From Candidatus Omnitrophota bacterium (GTDB lineage Bacteria; Omnitrophota; Gorgyraeia; Gygaellales; Profunditerraquicolaceae), in the NCBI GenBank assembly GCA_041662125.1, contig JBAZTA010000002.1, positions 396,154 through 460,153 on the forward strand: a stretch of 64,000 bases of DNA, read 5' to 3'. The translations under genes were made by a program, and so were the position numbers. The stretch's first letter is position 1; each line of letters starts with the position of its first letter. Under the pieces are notes generated by a model that searched no databases, was not told the DNA's origin, and was given only the letters and a program-made list of their open reading frames with translations. Below, in pieces: positions 44,337-55,096 of this stretch.

Positions 44337-46763
44337 ATGTTTAATCGTTTTACTGAGCGGGCAAGAAAAGTCATTATTTTAGCCAAAGAAGAGGCGAAGC
44401 GTTTTAACCATGATTATATCGGGACCGAGCATATCCTTTTGGGTTTGATCCGTGAAGGAGAAGGGGTTGCTGCCAGTGTCTTAGAGAAGATGGGGGTATC
44501 GCTTGAAAATATCCGTTTAGAGATCGAGAAATTAGTGCAGCCTGGCCCGACGACGCAGATCATCGGCGACCTGCCGTTTACTCCTCGTTCAAAGAAAGCA
44601 TTGGAATTGGCCGCTGAAGAAGCGCATGCCTTGGGCCATAACTATATCGGGACCGAGCATATTTTACTGGGGTTGATCCGGGAAGAAGAGGGTGTAGCTT
44701 CTCAGGTATTGATCAATCTGAGTCTGGATTTAGAGACCGTGCGTAATAAGATCATGGAGGTTTTAGGTTCAGAGCTTCCTGGTTTTGGCCAGCCTGCCGC
44801 GAAAAAGAAGACCCCCGCGCTTGATGCTTTTGGCCGCGACCTGAATATTTTAGCAAAAGAAGCAAAGCTCGACCCTGTCATCGGCAGGGAGAAAGAGATC
44901 GAACGCGTGATACAGATCTTAAGCCGCCGCACGAAAAATAATCCGGTTTTATTAGGGGAGGCAGGCGTCGGAAAGACTGCGATCGTCGAAGGGCTTGCCC
45001 AGTCGATTGTTTCAGGCAATGTTCCGGAGGTTTTACGCCATAAACGGATCATTGTCCTTGATTTAGCGCTGATGGTCGCCGGGACGAAATACCGCGGGCA
45101 GTTTGAAGAGCGGATCAAAGCGGTCATGGAAGAGATCAAACGTTCACAGGACGTGATCATTTTTATTGATGAACTGCATACGTTGGTCGGCGCTGGTGCC
45201 GCGGAAGGGGCGATTGACGCTTCTAATATCTTGAAGCCGGCACTTTCTCGCGGGGAGATCCAGTGTATCGGCGCCACCACGATGGATGAGTACCGCAAAT
45301 ATATCGAAAAAGACGCTGCTCTTGAGCGCAGGTTCCAGACGATCATGGTCGATCCTCCGTCTATTGAACAGACTATTGAGATCTTAAAAGGTTTGCGCGA
45401 GCGTTATGCAGCGCATCACCGGGTCGTATATAAGGATGAAGCGCTGGTGGCGGCGGCCAAGTTTGCTGACCGCTATATTTCCGGAAGGTTTCTTCCTGAT
45501 AAAGCAATTGACTTGATCGATGAGACCGGTTCTCGCGCGCGCTTAAACGCGTTGATCCTGCCTCCGGAGATCAAAGAACTGGAAGCAAAAGTAGAGATCC
45601 TCAAGAAAGAAAAAGAGGAGCATATTAAAAACCAGGATTTTGAGAAAGCTGCCGCACTGCGCGACCAGGAACGCACGGCGCGCGAAGAGTTAGAGCGGCT
45701 CAACCGTGAATGGTCAGTGACCAGGGATAAGATCAATCCTGAAGTAGGCGAAGAAGATATCGCGCGTATTGTTTCTCAGTGGACCGGTATCCCGATCATC
45801 AGGCTTGAAGAAAAAGAAGGTGAAAAATTATTAAAGATCGAAGAGGGGTTACGCGAGCGCGTTATCGGGCAGGAAGAAGCTATCAGCGCGATCGCGCATG
45901 CGCTTCGGCGTTCACGGGCAGGGATCAAAGATCCCCGCCGGCCGATAGGTTCTTTTATATTCCTGGGGCCGACCGGTGTAGGTAAGACGCTTTTGTCGCG
46001 GGCTTTGGCTGAATTTATGTTTGGCGATGAGAATGCTATTTTACAGCTGGATATGTCCGAGTATATGGAAAAATTCAATGTTTCACGCCTGGTGGGAGCT
46101 CCTCCCGGATATGTCGGTTATGAAGAGGGCGGGCAATTGACCGAGCGTATCAGGCGCCGTCCTTACGCGGTCATCCTTCTCGATGAGATCGAGAAAGCTC
46201 ACCCCGATGTTTTTAATTTATTGCTGCAGGTGCTTGAAGACGGACGGTTGACCGATAGTTTCGGCAGAAAAGTTGATTTCAGGAATTCAATCGTGATCAT
46301 GACTTCGAATGTCGGCGCGGAAGTGATCCGCCGGACCGGTTCCATCGGGTTTAAGAGCACTAAGGAAGATGTCACGTATCAGGACATGAAGCATAAACTT
46401 CTTGATGAAGTCAAAAAGACTTTCAAACCTGAATTTTTAAACCGCGTTGACGACACGATTGTCTTTCGTCCGCTGGCCAAAGAGGATTTAGTCCAGATCG
46501 TCGATATCGAGATCAACCAGGTCGCTCTGCGGCTTAAAGACCAGAAGATCTCTCTTGAAGTCACCCGGGAAGCGAAAGATTTCCTGATTGAAAAAGGATT
46601 CGATCCGGTTTTTGGGGCGCGGCCTTTAAAGAGGACTATCCAGAGGTTCCTTGAAGATCCTTTGGCGTCGGAAATCATTGCCAAGAAATTAAAGGAAGGT
46701 TCGATGGTGCGGGTGGTTCGTAAGAATGAGGAATTAGTTTTGGAAGAGGCAGCTCAGGTATGA
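44337..46763 (+). CDS. clpC: ATP-dependent Clp protease ATP-binding subunit ClpC
   Basis: Two Clp_N repeats, two AAA+ modules ([16 protein letters not shown]), and UVR linker. ATG at 44337 gives the canonical MFNRFTERA start. The track start is an upstream TTG. Confidence 0.9.
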   Translation: MFNRFTERARKVIILAKEEAKRFNHDYIGTEHILLGLIREGEGVAASVLEKMGVSLENIRLEIEKLVQPGPTTQIIGDLPFTPRSKKALELAAEEAHALGHNYIGTEHILLGLIREEEGVASQVLINLSLDLETVRNKIMEVLGSELPGFGQPAAKKKTPALDAFGRDLNILAKEAKLDPVIGREKEIERVIQILSRRTKNNPVLLGEAGVGKTAIVEGLAQSIVSGNVPEVLRHKRIIVLDLALMVAGTKYRGQFEERIKAVMEEIKRSQDVIIFIDELHTLVGAGAAEGAIDASNILKPALSRGEIQCIGATTMDEYRKYIEKDAALERRFQTIMVDPPSIEQTIEILKGLRERYAAHHRVVYKDEALVAAAKFADRYISGRFLPDKAIDLIDETGSRARLNALILPPEIKELEAKVEILKKEKEEHIKNQDFEKAAALRDQERTAREELERLNREWSVTRDKINPEVGEEDIARIVSQWTGIPIIRLEEKEGEKLLKIEEGLRERVIGQEEAISAIAHALRRSRAGIKDPRRPIGSFIFLGPTGVGKTLLSRALAEFMFGDENAILQLDMSEYMEKFNVSRLVGAPPGYVGYEEGGQLTERIRRRPYAVILLDEIEKAHPDVFNLLLQVLEDGRLTDSFGRKVDFRNSIVIMTSNVGAEVIRRTGSIGFKSTKEDVTYQDMKHKLLDEVKKTFKPEFLNRVDDTIVFRPLAKEDLVQIVDIEINQVALRLKDQKISLEVTREAKDFLIEKGFDPVFGARPLKRTIQRFLEDPLASEIIAKKLKEGSMVRVVRKNEELVLEEAAQV

Positions 46764-47545
46764 TGACTGAATTCTTAATTAGTATCGGGCAGAGGGTATT
46801 GGCTTTTTTGTATTTTGTGGGAGGGATAAGTAAATTAGCATCCCAGACGTTTTACTTTTTATTTATTCCCCCTTTTAAACGGCAGCGGATCCTTCTGGAA
46901 GCAAAAAAGGCCGGCCTTGACAGCCTGCTGATCGTTTCCGTTATTTCGTTATTTATCGGTGTCATTCTGGCTTTGCAGACTGCGTATCTTATGCAGCGGC
47001 TGGGTTCGGAAATATATATTGCCAGTATTGTAGCGCTTTCCCTTGTCCGTGAAATGGGCCCGGTAATTACGTCGCTGGTTGTCGCCGGAAGGGTCGGTTC
47101 GGCGATCGCGGCTGAGATCGGCTCAATGCAGGTGACTGAACAGATCGACGCGCTGGAGACTTTGGCGGCGAATCCTGTTCAGTATTTGGTTGTTCCCCGT
47201 TTCCTGGCGTTAAGTTTGATGCTGCCGCTTTTGACTTTATTCGCCGATATTATCGGGATCATCGGCGGGTGGCTTATTTGTGTTTTTAAATTAGGGATAT
47301 CATCGAGTATGTACCTGCAGGTGACCTTTGACGCGTTATTGTTTAAAGATTTGTTTACCGGCACCTTTAAAACGGTATTTTTCGGCATGATCATTGCTTT
47401 TGTCAGTTGTTACCAGGGGTTTAATGTGGAAGGCGGTGCAGAAGGAGTTGGCAGGGCGACTAAGCAGGCGGTGGTTATATCGTTTATTCTGATCATTGCC
47501 TGTGATTGTTTGTTTACCGCGCTGTTTTATTTTATATTCCCTTAA
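46760..47545 (+). CDS. mlaE: MlaE-type ABC permease (phospholipid transport)
   Basis: MlaE/Ttg2B family multi-TM permease. Precedes the mlaF and mlaD homologs. Confidence 0.75.
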   Translation: MMTEFLISIGQRVLAFLYFVGGISKLASQTFYFLFIPPFKRQRILLEAKKAGLDSLLIVSVISLFIGVILALQTAYLMQRLGSEIYIASIVALSLVREMGPVITSLVVAGRVGSAIAAEIGSMQVTEQIDALETLAANPVQYLVVPRFLALSLMLPLLTLFADIIGIIGGWLICVFKLGISSSMYLQVTFDALLFKDLFTGTFKTVFFGMIIAFVSCYQGFNVEGGAEGVGRATKQAVVISFILIIACDCLFTALFYFIFP

Positions 47546-47600
47546 ATTATTCTTGTTCTTGGAACGGGGATTACAAGTGGAGCATAACGTTAGGTGAAAT

Positions 47601-48383
47601 ATGGCTGATCAGGAAGATATATTAATAGATATACAGGAAGTTACTAAATCCTTTAATTCTCATAAGGTCCTTAATAAAGTAAGTGTTAAGGTCAAACGGG
47701 GCTCGACACTGGTAATTCTAGGGCGTTCAGGCTGCGGAAAGAGTGTTTTATTAAAGCATATCGTCGGGGTATTGCGGCCGGAAAGCGGCAAGATCTTTAT
47801 TGAAGGTAAAGATATCTTTTCTCTCCCCGATAAGGAGTTCAATAAGCTGCGTTTAAAGATGGGGATGGTGTTTCAAGGGGGGGCTCTTTTTGATTCTCTC
47901 TCTGTGGGAGAAAACGTCGCCTTTAGCTTGATAGAACATGATTCGCTTGACTCAAAACAGATATGGGAGCGGGCAGAGGAAGCCCTTTCTATGGTGGGGC
48001 TTTCCGGTATTGAAAGCCTGATGCCTTCTGAATTAAGCGGCGGGATGAAGAAGCGCGTAGCATTAGCGCGGGCGATCTGTATCAAGCCGGATGTTATCCT
48101 CTATGATGAGCCGACGACAGGCATGGATCCCATTACCGCTGATAGTATTAATGAGCTTATGCGGAACCTGCATGATAAACTAAAAGTTACCTCTCTTGTT
48201 GTCACTCACGATATGAAGAGCGCGTATCGTATCGCCGATCGGATCGCGATGTTGTATCAGGGCAAGATCATTTTTGAAGGAACACCGCTTGAGGTGCAGA
48301 ATACGACGCATCCGATCGTCTACCAATTTGTCAACGGGCTGGCCCAGGGGCCGATCACTGAAACGGCGGGTCATTTCAGGTAA
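47601..48383 (+). CDS. mlaF: MlaF-type ABC ATPase
   Basis: Walker A GRSGCGKS, signature LSGGMKKR, Walker B ILYDEPT. Confidence 0.8.
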   Translation: MADQEDILIDIQEVTKSFNSHKVLNKVSVKVKRGSTLVILGRSGCGKSVLLKHIVGVLRPESGKIFIEGKDIFSLPDKEFNKLRLKMGMVFQGGALFDSLSVGENVAFSLIEHDSLDSKQIWERAEEALSMVGLSGIESLMPSELSGGMKKRVALARAICIKPDVILYDEPTTGMDPITADSINELMRNLHDKLKVTSLVVTHDMKSAYRIADRIAMLYQGKIIFEGTPLEVQNTTHPIVYQFVNGLAQGPITETAGHFR

Positions 48384-48444
48384 GTGCTCTTGGCGTAAAG
48401 TGCTTTTTGTTATAATTTCTTTATTTCATACATGGAGGAGAAAG

Positions 48445-49098
48445 ATGGTTTTTGGTAAAACGAAACTGGAGCTAAAGGTCGGGTTATTCGTCTTTGCCGG
48501 TATGGTTATTTTGATCACGTTTATTTTGCTGATCGGTGATTTTAAAACCTGGGGGTCCGGCCATCGGGTCAAATTCATGTTTAACTTTGTCAATGGGATC
48601 AAGCTGGGCGCGCCGGTGCGCTTCGCGGGAGTTGATGTCGGAGAAGTCAAGGATATATCTTTTGTGTTCTCTCCTGAAGAACAGAGAATGAAAGTTGAGC
48701 TTGCCTGTTTACTTAAACAGCAGGCCAATATCCCTGTCGATTCAAAGGTCTGGATCAATACCCTGGGGCTTTTGGGGGAGAAGTATGTCGATATTGTTCC
48801 GGGAAAGGATTTCACGGAGTTTCTTGGTGAGACCCACGTGATCAAGGGCAATGATCCGCTTGCGATGCACGAGGTTGGAGAAGCGGCAATGTCTGTTGTC
48901 AATAATTTGAATGAGACGATCGCAAAGATCAAGAATAAAGAAGGTACTCTCGGTAAGCTTATATACGATGAAGCATTATACAAACAAATAGAAGCGATCG
49001 GCAGCGATCTACAGGCATTGCTTAAACAGACTGACGGTTTAGTGGAAGATATCCGGCGTAATCCCTGGAAATTGCTTTGGAAAGCAAAAACGAAATAG
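48445..49098 (+). CDS. mlaD: MlaD (MCE-domain) periplasmic substrate-binding component
   Basis: N-terminal TM anchor plus MCE domain. ATG at 48445 with GGAGGAG RBS, preferred over the overlapping track start 48274. Confidence 0.75.
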   Translation: MVFGKTKLELKVGLFVFAGMVILITFILLIGDFKTWGSGHRVKFMFNFVNGIKLGAPVRFAGVDVGEVKDISFVFSPEEQRMKVELACLLKQQANIPVDSKVWINTLGLLGEKYVDIVPGKDFTEFLGETHVIKGNDPLAMHEVGEAAMSVVNNLNETIAKIKNKEGTLGKLIYDEALYKQIEAIGSDLQALLKQTDGLVEDIRRNPWKLLWKAKTK

Positions 49099-50484
49099 AT
49101 GAAAGCAAAAACGATATTCAGTTGCCAGCATTGCGGTTACCAGTCCCCAAAATGGTTGGGGAAATGCCCTGATTGCAATAGCTGGAATTCTTTTGTCGAA
49201 GAAGATTACGCGGTGCCTTCAAAGGCAAAAGAACGCAGCGCCTTGTATAAAGATGCTCCGGTATTGCTCAAGGATATTGAAGTCAAAGAAGCAGGCCGTA
49301 TTAAGACAGGGATTAGCGAGTTAGACCGGGTTTTAGGTTCGGGTATTGTTGCAGGATCGGTGGTGCTTATCGGAGGAGATCCGGGTATCGGTAAATCGAC
49401 GATATCGCTGCAAATTTCTAATCAGCTGGTTAAAGCGGGGCATACGGTCCTGTATGTCAGCGGCGAGGAATCAGTCGCGCAGACGAAATTACGGGCGCAG
49501 CGTTTAGGTAAAGTTCATGACGGCAGCCTGTATATTGTCAATCAGACCGATATAGCATTAATCCTTGAATACATAAAGAAATTAAAGCCGGCATTGGTTA
49601 TTATTGATTCGATCCAGGTTGTTTTTGACCCTACGATCAGTTCTTCCCCCGGCAGCGTCAGCCAGGTGCGTGAATGCGCAGGGATATTAACACAGCTGGC
49701 AAAGACTTCAGGCACGACTATTTTTCTTATCGGCCATGTCACCAAAGAAGGTACGCTTGCCGGGCCGCGAGTCCTGGAGCATATTGTCGACACGGTCCTT
49801 TATTTTGAAGGCGAGCGGTTTTCCATTTATCGGATCTTGCGCGCGGTCAAAAACAGGTTTGGCTCCACCAATGAGATCGGCGTCTTTGAAATGAGTTCTA
49901 ACGGCCTTCAGGAAGTCAAGAATCCTTCCGAGATATTTTTGTCTGAGCGGCCGAAAGATGTCTCAGGGTCGGTGGTTGTCTCAGTCTTAGAAGGCTCGCG
50001 CCCGTTACTGGTGGAAATCCAGTCATTGGTCAGTAAGGCTGGTTTTGGGTATGCGCAGAGGCGTTCCCAGGGATTTGATTATAATCGTTTAAGCCTCCTG
50101 GTGGCGGTGCTTGAAAAAAGGATCGGTTTGGCTCTTGAGGCGGAAGATATTTTTGTCAATGTTGCCGGCGGCATTAAAGTGGAAGACCCGGCAGCTGACC
50201 TGGCGGTAGCGATGGCGATTCATTCAGCGTTTAGCGGCCGCACTATTTCTGCTGATATAGTGGTATTAGGAGAGGTAGGTTTGGCAGGGGAGGTCAGGAG
50301 TATTTCACAGGCCGGCTTGCGTATTAAAGAAGCGGAGAAACTGGGGTTTCGCTATTGCCTGTTACCGAAGAATAACTTTAAGAATCTTGATTATAAGAAA
50401 GAAACCATAGAGTTGATCCCCGTTGCCACATTATCAGAAGCCTTGGATGCGGCCGCGGGGATTGCTGTGCCGAAGAAGAAGTAA
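49099..50484 (+). CDS. radA: DNA repair protein RadA (Sms)
   Basis: N-terminal C4 zinc finger (CQHCGY...CPDC), RecA-like Walker A GDPGIGKST, KNRFG motif, Lon-like C-terminal domain. Confidence 0.9.
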   Translation: MKAKTIFSCQHCGYQSPKWLGKCPDCNSWNSFVEEDYAVPSKAKERSALYKDAPVLLKDIEVKEAGRIKTGISELDRVLGSGIVAGSVVLIGGDPGIGKSTISLQISNQLVKAGHTVLYVSGEESVAQTKLRAQRLGKVHDGSLYIVNQTDIALILEYIKKLKPALVIIDSIQVVFDPTISSSPGSVSQVRECAGILTQLAKTSGTTIFLIGHVTKEGTLAGPRVLEHIVDTVLYFEGERFSIYRILRAVKNRFGSTNEIGVFEMSSNGLQEVKNPSEIFLSERPKDVSGSVVVSVLEGSRPLLVEIQSLVSKAGFGYAQRRSQGFDYNRLSLLVAVLEKRIGLALEAEDIFVNVAGGIKVEDPAADLAVAMAIHSAFSGRTISADIVVLGEVGLAGEVRSISQAGLRIKEAEKLGFRYCLLPKNNFKNLDYKKETIELIPVATLSEALDAAAGIAVPKKK

Positions 50485-50508
50485 TCAACGTCTTTATAAG
50501 GGGGTCAT

Positions 50509-51486
50509 ATGAATCTACTTGCGTTACGGATTATGTTTGTTGTCGGCAGCATGATTGTTGGATATCAGACCATGGATCCCAAGCAGGCGGTCTTTGGTGT
50601 CCTTTGGGGTGCGGTCGCAAGTTTAGGGATCATCTTGTTGGAAATGGGAATGCGCCGTGTTTCCATGCGCGGCCTATCGAGCGCGGTATTCGGGCTTATT
50701 TTAGGGCTCATTATGGCAAAGCTGGTCAGTGATGCTTTTAAACTTGCTCCCATTACCGCGGAAAGTTTATCAATCATTAATGTGACGGCAACGCTTGTTT
50801 TCTGTTATCTGGGCATGGCGATCGCGCTGCGCGGGAAAGACGAGTTTAATATAATCATCCCCTATGTCCGGTTGCGCCGTCAGGACCAGATAGAAGAAGT
50901 GGTGTTGCTTGATACCAGCGTTATTATCGACGGAAGGATATTAGATATTCTCAAGACAAAGTTTATCGAAGGCAAGATAGTTATTCCGCGTTTTGTGTTA
51001 AAGGAATTGCAGCAGATCGCCGATTCTACTGACCCGATTAAACGCCAACGGGGGCGCAGGGGGTTAGAGATTTTACATGTGATCCAGAAAGAAGCGGCTT
51101 TAAGCCTAAGTTTTCATGAGGAAGAATTCCCGGAAGTTCTCGAAGTGGATTCTAAGCTGGTGAAATTGGCAAAATTACTGGAAGCGCGGATTTTGACCGT
51201 AGATTTTAATTTGAACCGTGTAGCGTCGCTGCAAGGTGTCAAGGTTTTGAATATTAATGAATTGTCCAATGCTTTAAAACAGGTGGTTTTTCCCGGCGAG
51301 CGCATGGAGATAAAATTAATTAAAGAAGGTAAAGAATATAATCAGGCAGTCGGTTACCTTGAAGACGGAACTATGGTCGTCGTCGAAGACGGCCGCAGGT
51401 CTATCGGCCAGGAGATCAAAGTCGTTGTGACATCGGTCTTACAGACGCCTGCAGGCAGGATAATCTTTACCAAGTTTGAACGCTGA
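50509..51486 (+). CDS. YacL-like membrane protein with PIN and TRAM domains
   Basis: N-terminal TM helices, PIN-domain acidic residues ([10 protein letters not shown]), C-terminal TRAM-like beta domain. Confidence 0.65.
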   Translation: MNLLALRIMFVVGSMIVGYQTMDPKQAVFGVLWGAVASLGIILLEMGMRRVSMRGLSSAVFGLILGLIMAKLVSDAFKLAPITAESLSIINVTATLVFCYLGMAIALRGKDEFNIIIPYVRLRRQDQIEEVVLLDTSVIIDGRILDILKTKFIEGKIVIPRFVLKELQQIADSTDPIKRQRGRRGLEILHVIQKEAALSLSFHEEEFPEVLEVDSKLVKLAKLLEARILTVDFNLNRVASLQGVKVLNINELSNALKQVVFPGERMEIKLIKEGKEYNQAVGYLEDGTMVVVEDGRRSIGQEIKVVVTSVLQTPAGRIIFTKFER

Positions 51487-52190
51487 TGTTTGTTACAGCA
51501 ATTGTCCTTGCCGCAGGTAGCGGCTCACGGCTGGGATCCGGAGTCCCGAAACCGCTTGTTTTGATAAATTCAAAACCCATCTTTATTTATTCATTGGAAA
51601 CACTTTGCCAGCATCCGGCTATTGACAAAATTATAGTCGTAGCTTCTGATGCGTTTCGGCAGGAGCTTTGCGCGCGGATAAAACAGTATCGTATCCGCAA
51701 AGTTACGCAGGTCGTATCCGGCGGCAGGCGGCGGCAGGATTCGGTTTTAAACGGCCTGCGCGCGGTTGAGCAAAAAGATGGTTTGGTTTTGATCCATGAC
51801 AGCGCCCGCCCGTTTATCGATAGTAAAACGATCTCTGCGGTTATCAAAGAAGCAAGCCACAGCGGCGCGGCAATCGTGGCAGTAGCGGCGAAGGCGACAA
51901 TAAAAGAGGCAAGGGTTTCTCGCGGGAAAACGCGTGTTTTAAGGACATTGGACAGGAGCCGGCTCTGGGAGGCGCAGACGCCGCAGGTGTTTTCGAAAGA
52001 GCTGCTCGTTCAGGCATATAAGAAGTTCGCGCGCGCTTCGGTTACCGACGACTCGATGTTAGCCGAGAAGCTGGGAGCTGTGGTAAGCGTGGTGCCGGGA
52101 TTATATTCGAACATTAAGATCACGACTCCGGATGATGTTATTGTCGCGGAAGGTTTTGCGCGCCATCTCCGGAAAATGCGTAGTATATAA
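51486..52190 (+). CDS. ispD: 2-C-methyl-D-erythritol 4-phosphate cytidylyltransferase
   Basis: AIVLAAGSGSRLG nucleotide-binding motif. Adjacent to ispF. Confidence 0.85.
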   Translation: MFVTAIVLAAGSGSRLGSGVPKPLVLINSKPIFIYSLETLCQHPAIDKIIVVASDAFRQELCARIKQYRIRKVTQVVSGGRRRQDSVLNGLRAVEQKDGLVLIHDSARPFIDSKTISAVIKEASHSGAAIVAVAAKATIKEARVSRGKTRVLRTLDRSRLWEAQTPQVFSKELLVQAYKKFARASVTDDSMLAEKLGAVVSVVPGLYSNIKITTPDDVIVAEGFARHLRKMRSI

Positions 52191-52192
52191 CT

Positions 52193-52672
52193 ATGGTTAA
52201 GACAGGTATTGGATATGATATCCATCGTTTCATCAAGGGGCGCCGTTTATTTTTGGGAGGTGTTGAGATCCCCTCCCCTAAGGGATTGTTAGGCCATTCT
52301 GACGCGGATGTCCTTTTGCACGCGGTCTGTGACGCGTTATTGGGGGCGGCGAGTGCCGGTGATATCGGAGAACACTTCCCCGATACTGACCAGCGGTATA
52401 AGGATATTTCAAGCGTCGAACTGCTCAGGCGTGTAGCGGTAGTTATTAAATCAAAGAAGTACAGGATCAATAATATCGACGCGATAGTGATCATGGAAAA
52501 ACCGAAACGCTCAAACTATAAAAAAGAGATCCAGGAAAAGATCAGCAGTGTCTTGAAGATCAGCGCGGATAAGGTGAGTGTAAAAGCAAAGACGCATGAA
52601 GGCTTGGGCGTTATCGGAAAAGGTTTGGCGGTTGCCAGCTATTGCGTAGCGACAATCGTTAAGGGGGTTTAA
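52193..52672 (+). CDS. ispF: 2-C-methyl-D-erythritol 2,4-cyclodiphosphate synthase
   Basis: GIGYDIHRF and GHSDADVLLHA motifs. Confidence 0.9.
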   Translation: MVKTGIGYDIHRFIKGRRLFLGGVEIPSPKGLLGHSDADVLLHAVCDALLGAASAGDIGEHFPDTDQRYKDISSVELLRRVAVVIKSKKYRINNIDAIVIMEKPKRSNYKKEIQEKISSVLKISADKVSVKAKTHEGLGVIGKGLAVASYCVATIVKGV

Positions 52673-52675
52673 AAA

Positions 52676-53362
52676 ATGGAACTCGCATTAAATGTCGTAG
52701 TGATCCTTATGGGTTTGTTTGTTTTTAAGATCGTTGTTATTTTTACGCTCTTTGATGATGAAATTAAAGCCGCGCAAAAAAGGGACCCTGCTGCCAAAAG
52801 CCCCCTTGAAATAGTGTTATTGTATCAAGGGCTTCACGCGCTCATCAGCCATCGTATGGCGCAGTTCTTCTATAAAAAAAGATTTTATTTGCTCGCCCGC
52901 CTGATAAGCCAGGTGTCCCGGCATTTTACCGGTATCGAGATCCATCCGGGAGCGCAGATTGGCCGCAGGTTTTTTATTGACCATGGTTTTGGGGTGGTGA
53001 TCGGGGAGACAACTATTATCGGCGATGATGTGCTTTTGTATCAGGGAGTGACCCTGGGGGGTACCGGCCTTGAAAAAGGTAAGCGCCACCCGACTATCGG
53101 CAATAATGTGGTCATCGGGGCAGGTGCGAAGGTGCTGGGGAATATTAGTATCGGTGATAATTCCTATATTGGGGCAAACGCGGTTGTGATCAAAGATGTC
53201 CCGGTGAATTCAACGGTCGTCGGTATCCCGGGGAGGATCACCAAGCAGGATGGCAAGAAAATAGATATAAGCCTTGACCACGCCTTTGTCCTTGACCCGA
53301 TAAAGCAAAATATGGATGAATTGGAAAAACGCATAGAAAAATTAGAGCACGGCCAAAAATAA
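52676..53362 (+). CDS. cysE: Serine O-acetyltransferase (hexapeptide repeat)
   Basis: SAT N-terminal helical domain and left-handed beta-helix hexapeptide repeats ([19 protein letters not shown]). The hydrophobic N-terminus makes the true start uncertain. Confidence 0.75.
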   Translation: MELALNVVVILMGLFVFKIVVIFTLFDDEIKAAQKRDPAAKSPLEIVLLYQGLHALISHRMAQFFYKKRFYLLARLISQVSRHFTGIEIHPGAQIGRRFFIDHGFGVVIGETTIIGDDVLLYQGVTLGGTGLEKGKRHPTIGNNVVIGAGAKVLGNISIGDNSYIGANAVVIKDVPVNSTVVGIPGRITKQDGKKIDISLDHAFVLDPIKQNMDELEKRIEKLEHGQK

Positions 53363-53367
53363 AGACG

Positions 53368-54774
53368 ATGCCTATCCGGATTTATAATTCCCTCTCCCGA
53401 AAAAAAGAGGAGTTTGTTGCTCAGTCTGCCCCCCTGATCACGATGTATACCTGCGGAATAACGGTCTATGACCAATGCCATATCGGCCATGCCCGAAGCC
53501 TTTCTATTTTTGAAGTGATCAGGCGGTATCTGGAGTACCGGGGCTATACCGTGCGTTTTGTGCGCAATATTACCGATATCGACGACAAAATAATCAACCG
53601 GGCCAATGAGCTCCACCTGGATTGGGAGATGCTGGTTAAACAGTACATCGAAGCGTATTATAAAGACCTTGATGTCTTAGGGGTGCGTCGAGGAATAGAG
53701 GATTCCGGTGAGGAGCCGCGGGCGACAAGAAATATCCCTGAAATGATCAGTTTTATCAAAGATTTGCTGGATAAAGCTTACGCCTATGTGACAGAGAGCG
53801 GCGTGTATTTTAGCGTGCGTAAATTTAAGGAGTACGGTAAATTATCCGGCCAGAGCATTGATGAGATGTTGACCGGCGTGCGTAAAGAATCCGACGAGGC
53901 TAAGCTTGACCCGCTCGATTTTGCTTTATGGAAAAGGTCTAAGCCGGGAGAGCCGTTTTGGCAGAGCCCCTGGGGAGAGGGCAGGCCCGGCTGGCATATA
54001 GAGTGTTCTGTGATGAGCCAGAAATACCTGAATACCTCGACGCTTGATATTCACGCGGGGGGCAGGGATTTGATCTTTCCGCATCATGAGAACGAATTGG
54101 CGCAGAGTCAGGCTCAGAGCGGCAAATGTTTCGCGAAATACTGGATACACCACGGCCTCTTGACGATCAACGGCCAGAAGATGTCTAAATCCCTGGGGAA
54201 TTTTATTACCATTGATGATTTTATGCGGAAATTCCAGAATGCCGATCTGCTGAAATTATTGTTTTTAGCGGCGCACTATTCTCATCCGGTGGATTATACC
54301 GATGAAAAGATCCAGGAAACCAGGCAGGCATGGGGAAGGATCATGCATTTGATGGAAAGGCTCCAGAGAAAAGTAACACCGTCAGGCGCGCCTGCCGAGC
54401 TGCATGCCGAGATCAATACGGTCAAAGCTCGGTTTATAGAAGCTATGGATGATGATTTTAACACGCCCAAGGCGTTGGCAGCGCTTTTTGAATTAGTAAA
54501 TGTAACGAATAAGAAAATAGATGATATCAGTTTTATTACCGAAGCTTCTGTTACGTTAAAAGAATTGTTTGGTGTTTTGGGTATTTCGCTGAGCTCCACG
54601 AAAGAAGGGCCTTTAGCTGACGATCAGGCTATTAATACAAAGATCGCTGAAAGAAATAATGCCCGTAAACTTAAGGATTTTGCTTTAGCGGATAAGTTGC
54701 GCAAAGAGCTGGATGCTGCGGGTGTCATTATAGAAGATTCTAAAGAAGGCACGACCTGGCGCAGAAAATTGTAA
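53368..54774 (+). CDS. cysS: Cysteinyl-tRNA synthetase
   Basis: HIGHARS and KMSKS class I motifs. Length 468 aa. Confidence 0.9.
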   Translation: MPIRIYNSLSRKKEEFVAQSAPLITMYTCGITVYDQCHIGHARSLSIFEVIRRYLEYRGYTVRFVRNITDIDDKIINRANELHLDWEMLVKQYIEAYYKDLDVLGVRRGIEDSGEEPRATRNIPEMISFIKDLLDKAYAYVTESGVYFSVRKFKEYGKLSGQSIDEMLTGVRKESDEAKLDPLDFALWKRSKPGEPFWQSPWGEGRPGWHIECSVMSQKYLNTSTLDIHAGGRDLIFPHHENELAQSQAQSGKCFAKYWIHHGLLTINGQKMSKSLGNFITIDDFMRKFQNADLLKLLFLAAHYSHPVDYTDEKIQETRQAWGRIMHLMERLQRKVTPSGAPAELHAEINTVKARFIEAMDDDFNTPKALAALFELVNVTNKKIDDISFITEASVTLKELFGVLGISLSSTKEGPLADDQAINTKIAERNNARKLKDFALADKLRKELDAAGVIIEDSKEGTTWRRKL

Positions 54775-54791
54775 GATTGGCAAGTAATATT

Positions 54792-55035
54792 ATAAATAAA
54801 TCTGCCGGTTTTCAAGCGAATGTCGATTTTAGCCAAAGCAGCTTGAGTGTTTTCGGGCATCCCCGTGGAGCGAAGCGACAACACGGGGACGGCGATGCTG
54901 TTTGAGTCATATTTGCTAGAGCAAATAGGACGAGTTCAGCAGCCGCCGAAAACACGAAAGAACTTTGGCGGCACCTTAGTTTAGAATATTCTGGCAAAAT
55001 CGACCTTGAGCGAGAAAACCGGCAGATTTATTTAT
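54792..55035. repeat. 244-bp element bounded by perfect 22-bp terminal inverted repeats (MITE-like or long-hairpin ncRNA)
   Basis: 5' ATAAATAAATCTGCCGGTTTTC and 3' GAAAACCGGCAGATTTATTTAT are exact reverse complements. The interior is an extended imperfect inverted repeat (GTCGATTTTAGCCAAAG vs CTGGCAAAATCGAC; GTGTTTTCGG on both arms). Central hairpins CCCCGTG/CACGGGG and TATTTGC/GCAAATA. Confidence 0.6.
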
Positions 55036-55096
55036 AGTAGCGCTAAATTAAAATTCACGTGTGACATTTCGCAGCAAGAATATCTGTAGGGAGACT

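Noticed and set aside
44702-45346. 214-aa minus-strand ORF inside clpC
   Set aside because: Fully antisense to the well-supported ClpC AAA+ region. Low-complexity Ser/Arg-rich translation typical of antisense frames. No RBS or promoter context.
48426-48983. 185-aa minus-strand ORF overlapping mlaD
   Set aside because: Antisense to the MCE-domain gene. No recognisable motifs. A read-through artefact of a stop-poor frame.
55040-55070. TTCACGTGTGAC palindrome upstream of tmk as a Rex box
   Set aside because: The half-sites are in inverted order (TCAC..GTGA outward) relative to the Rex TGTGA..TCACA arrangement. It is more likely part of the flanking TIR element region or a different regulator site.
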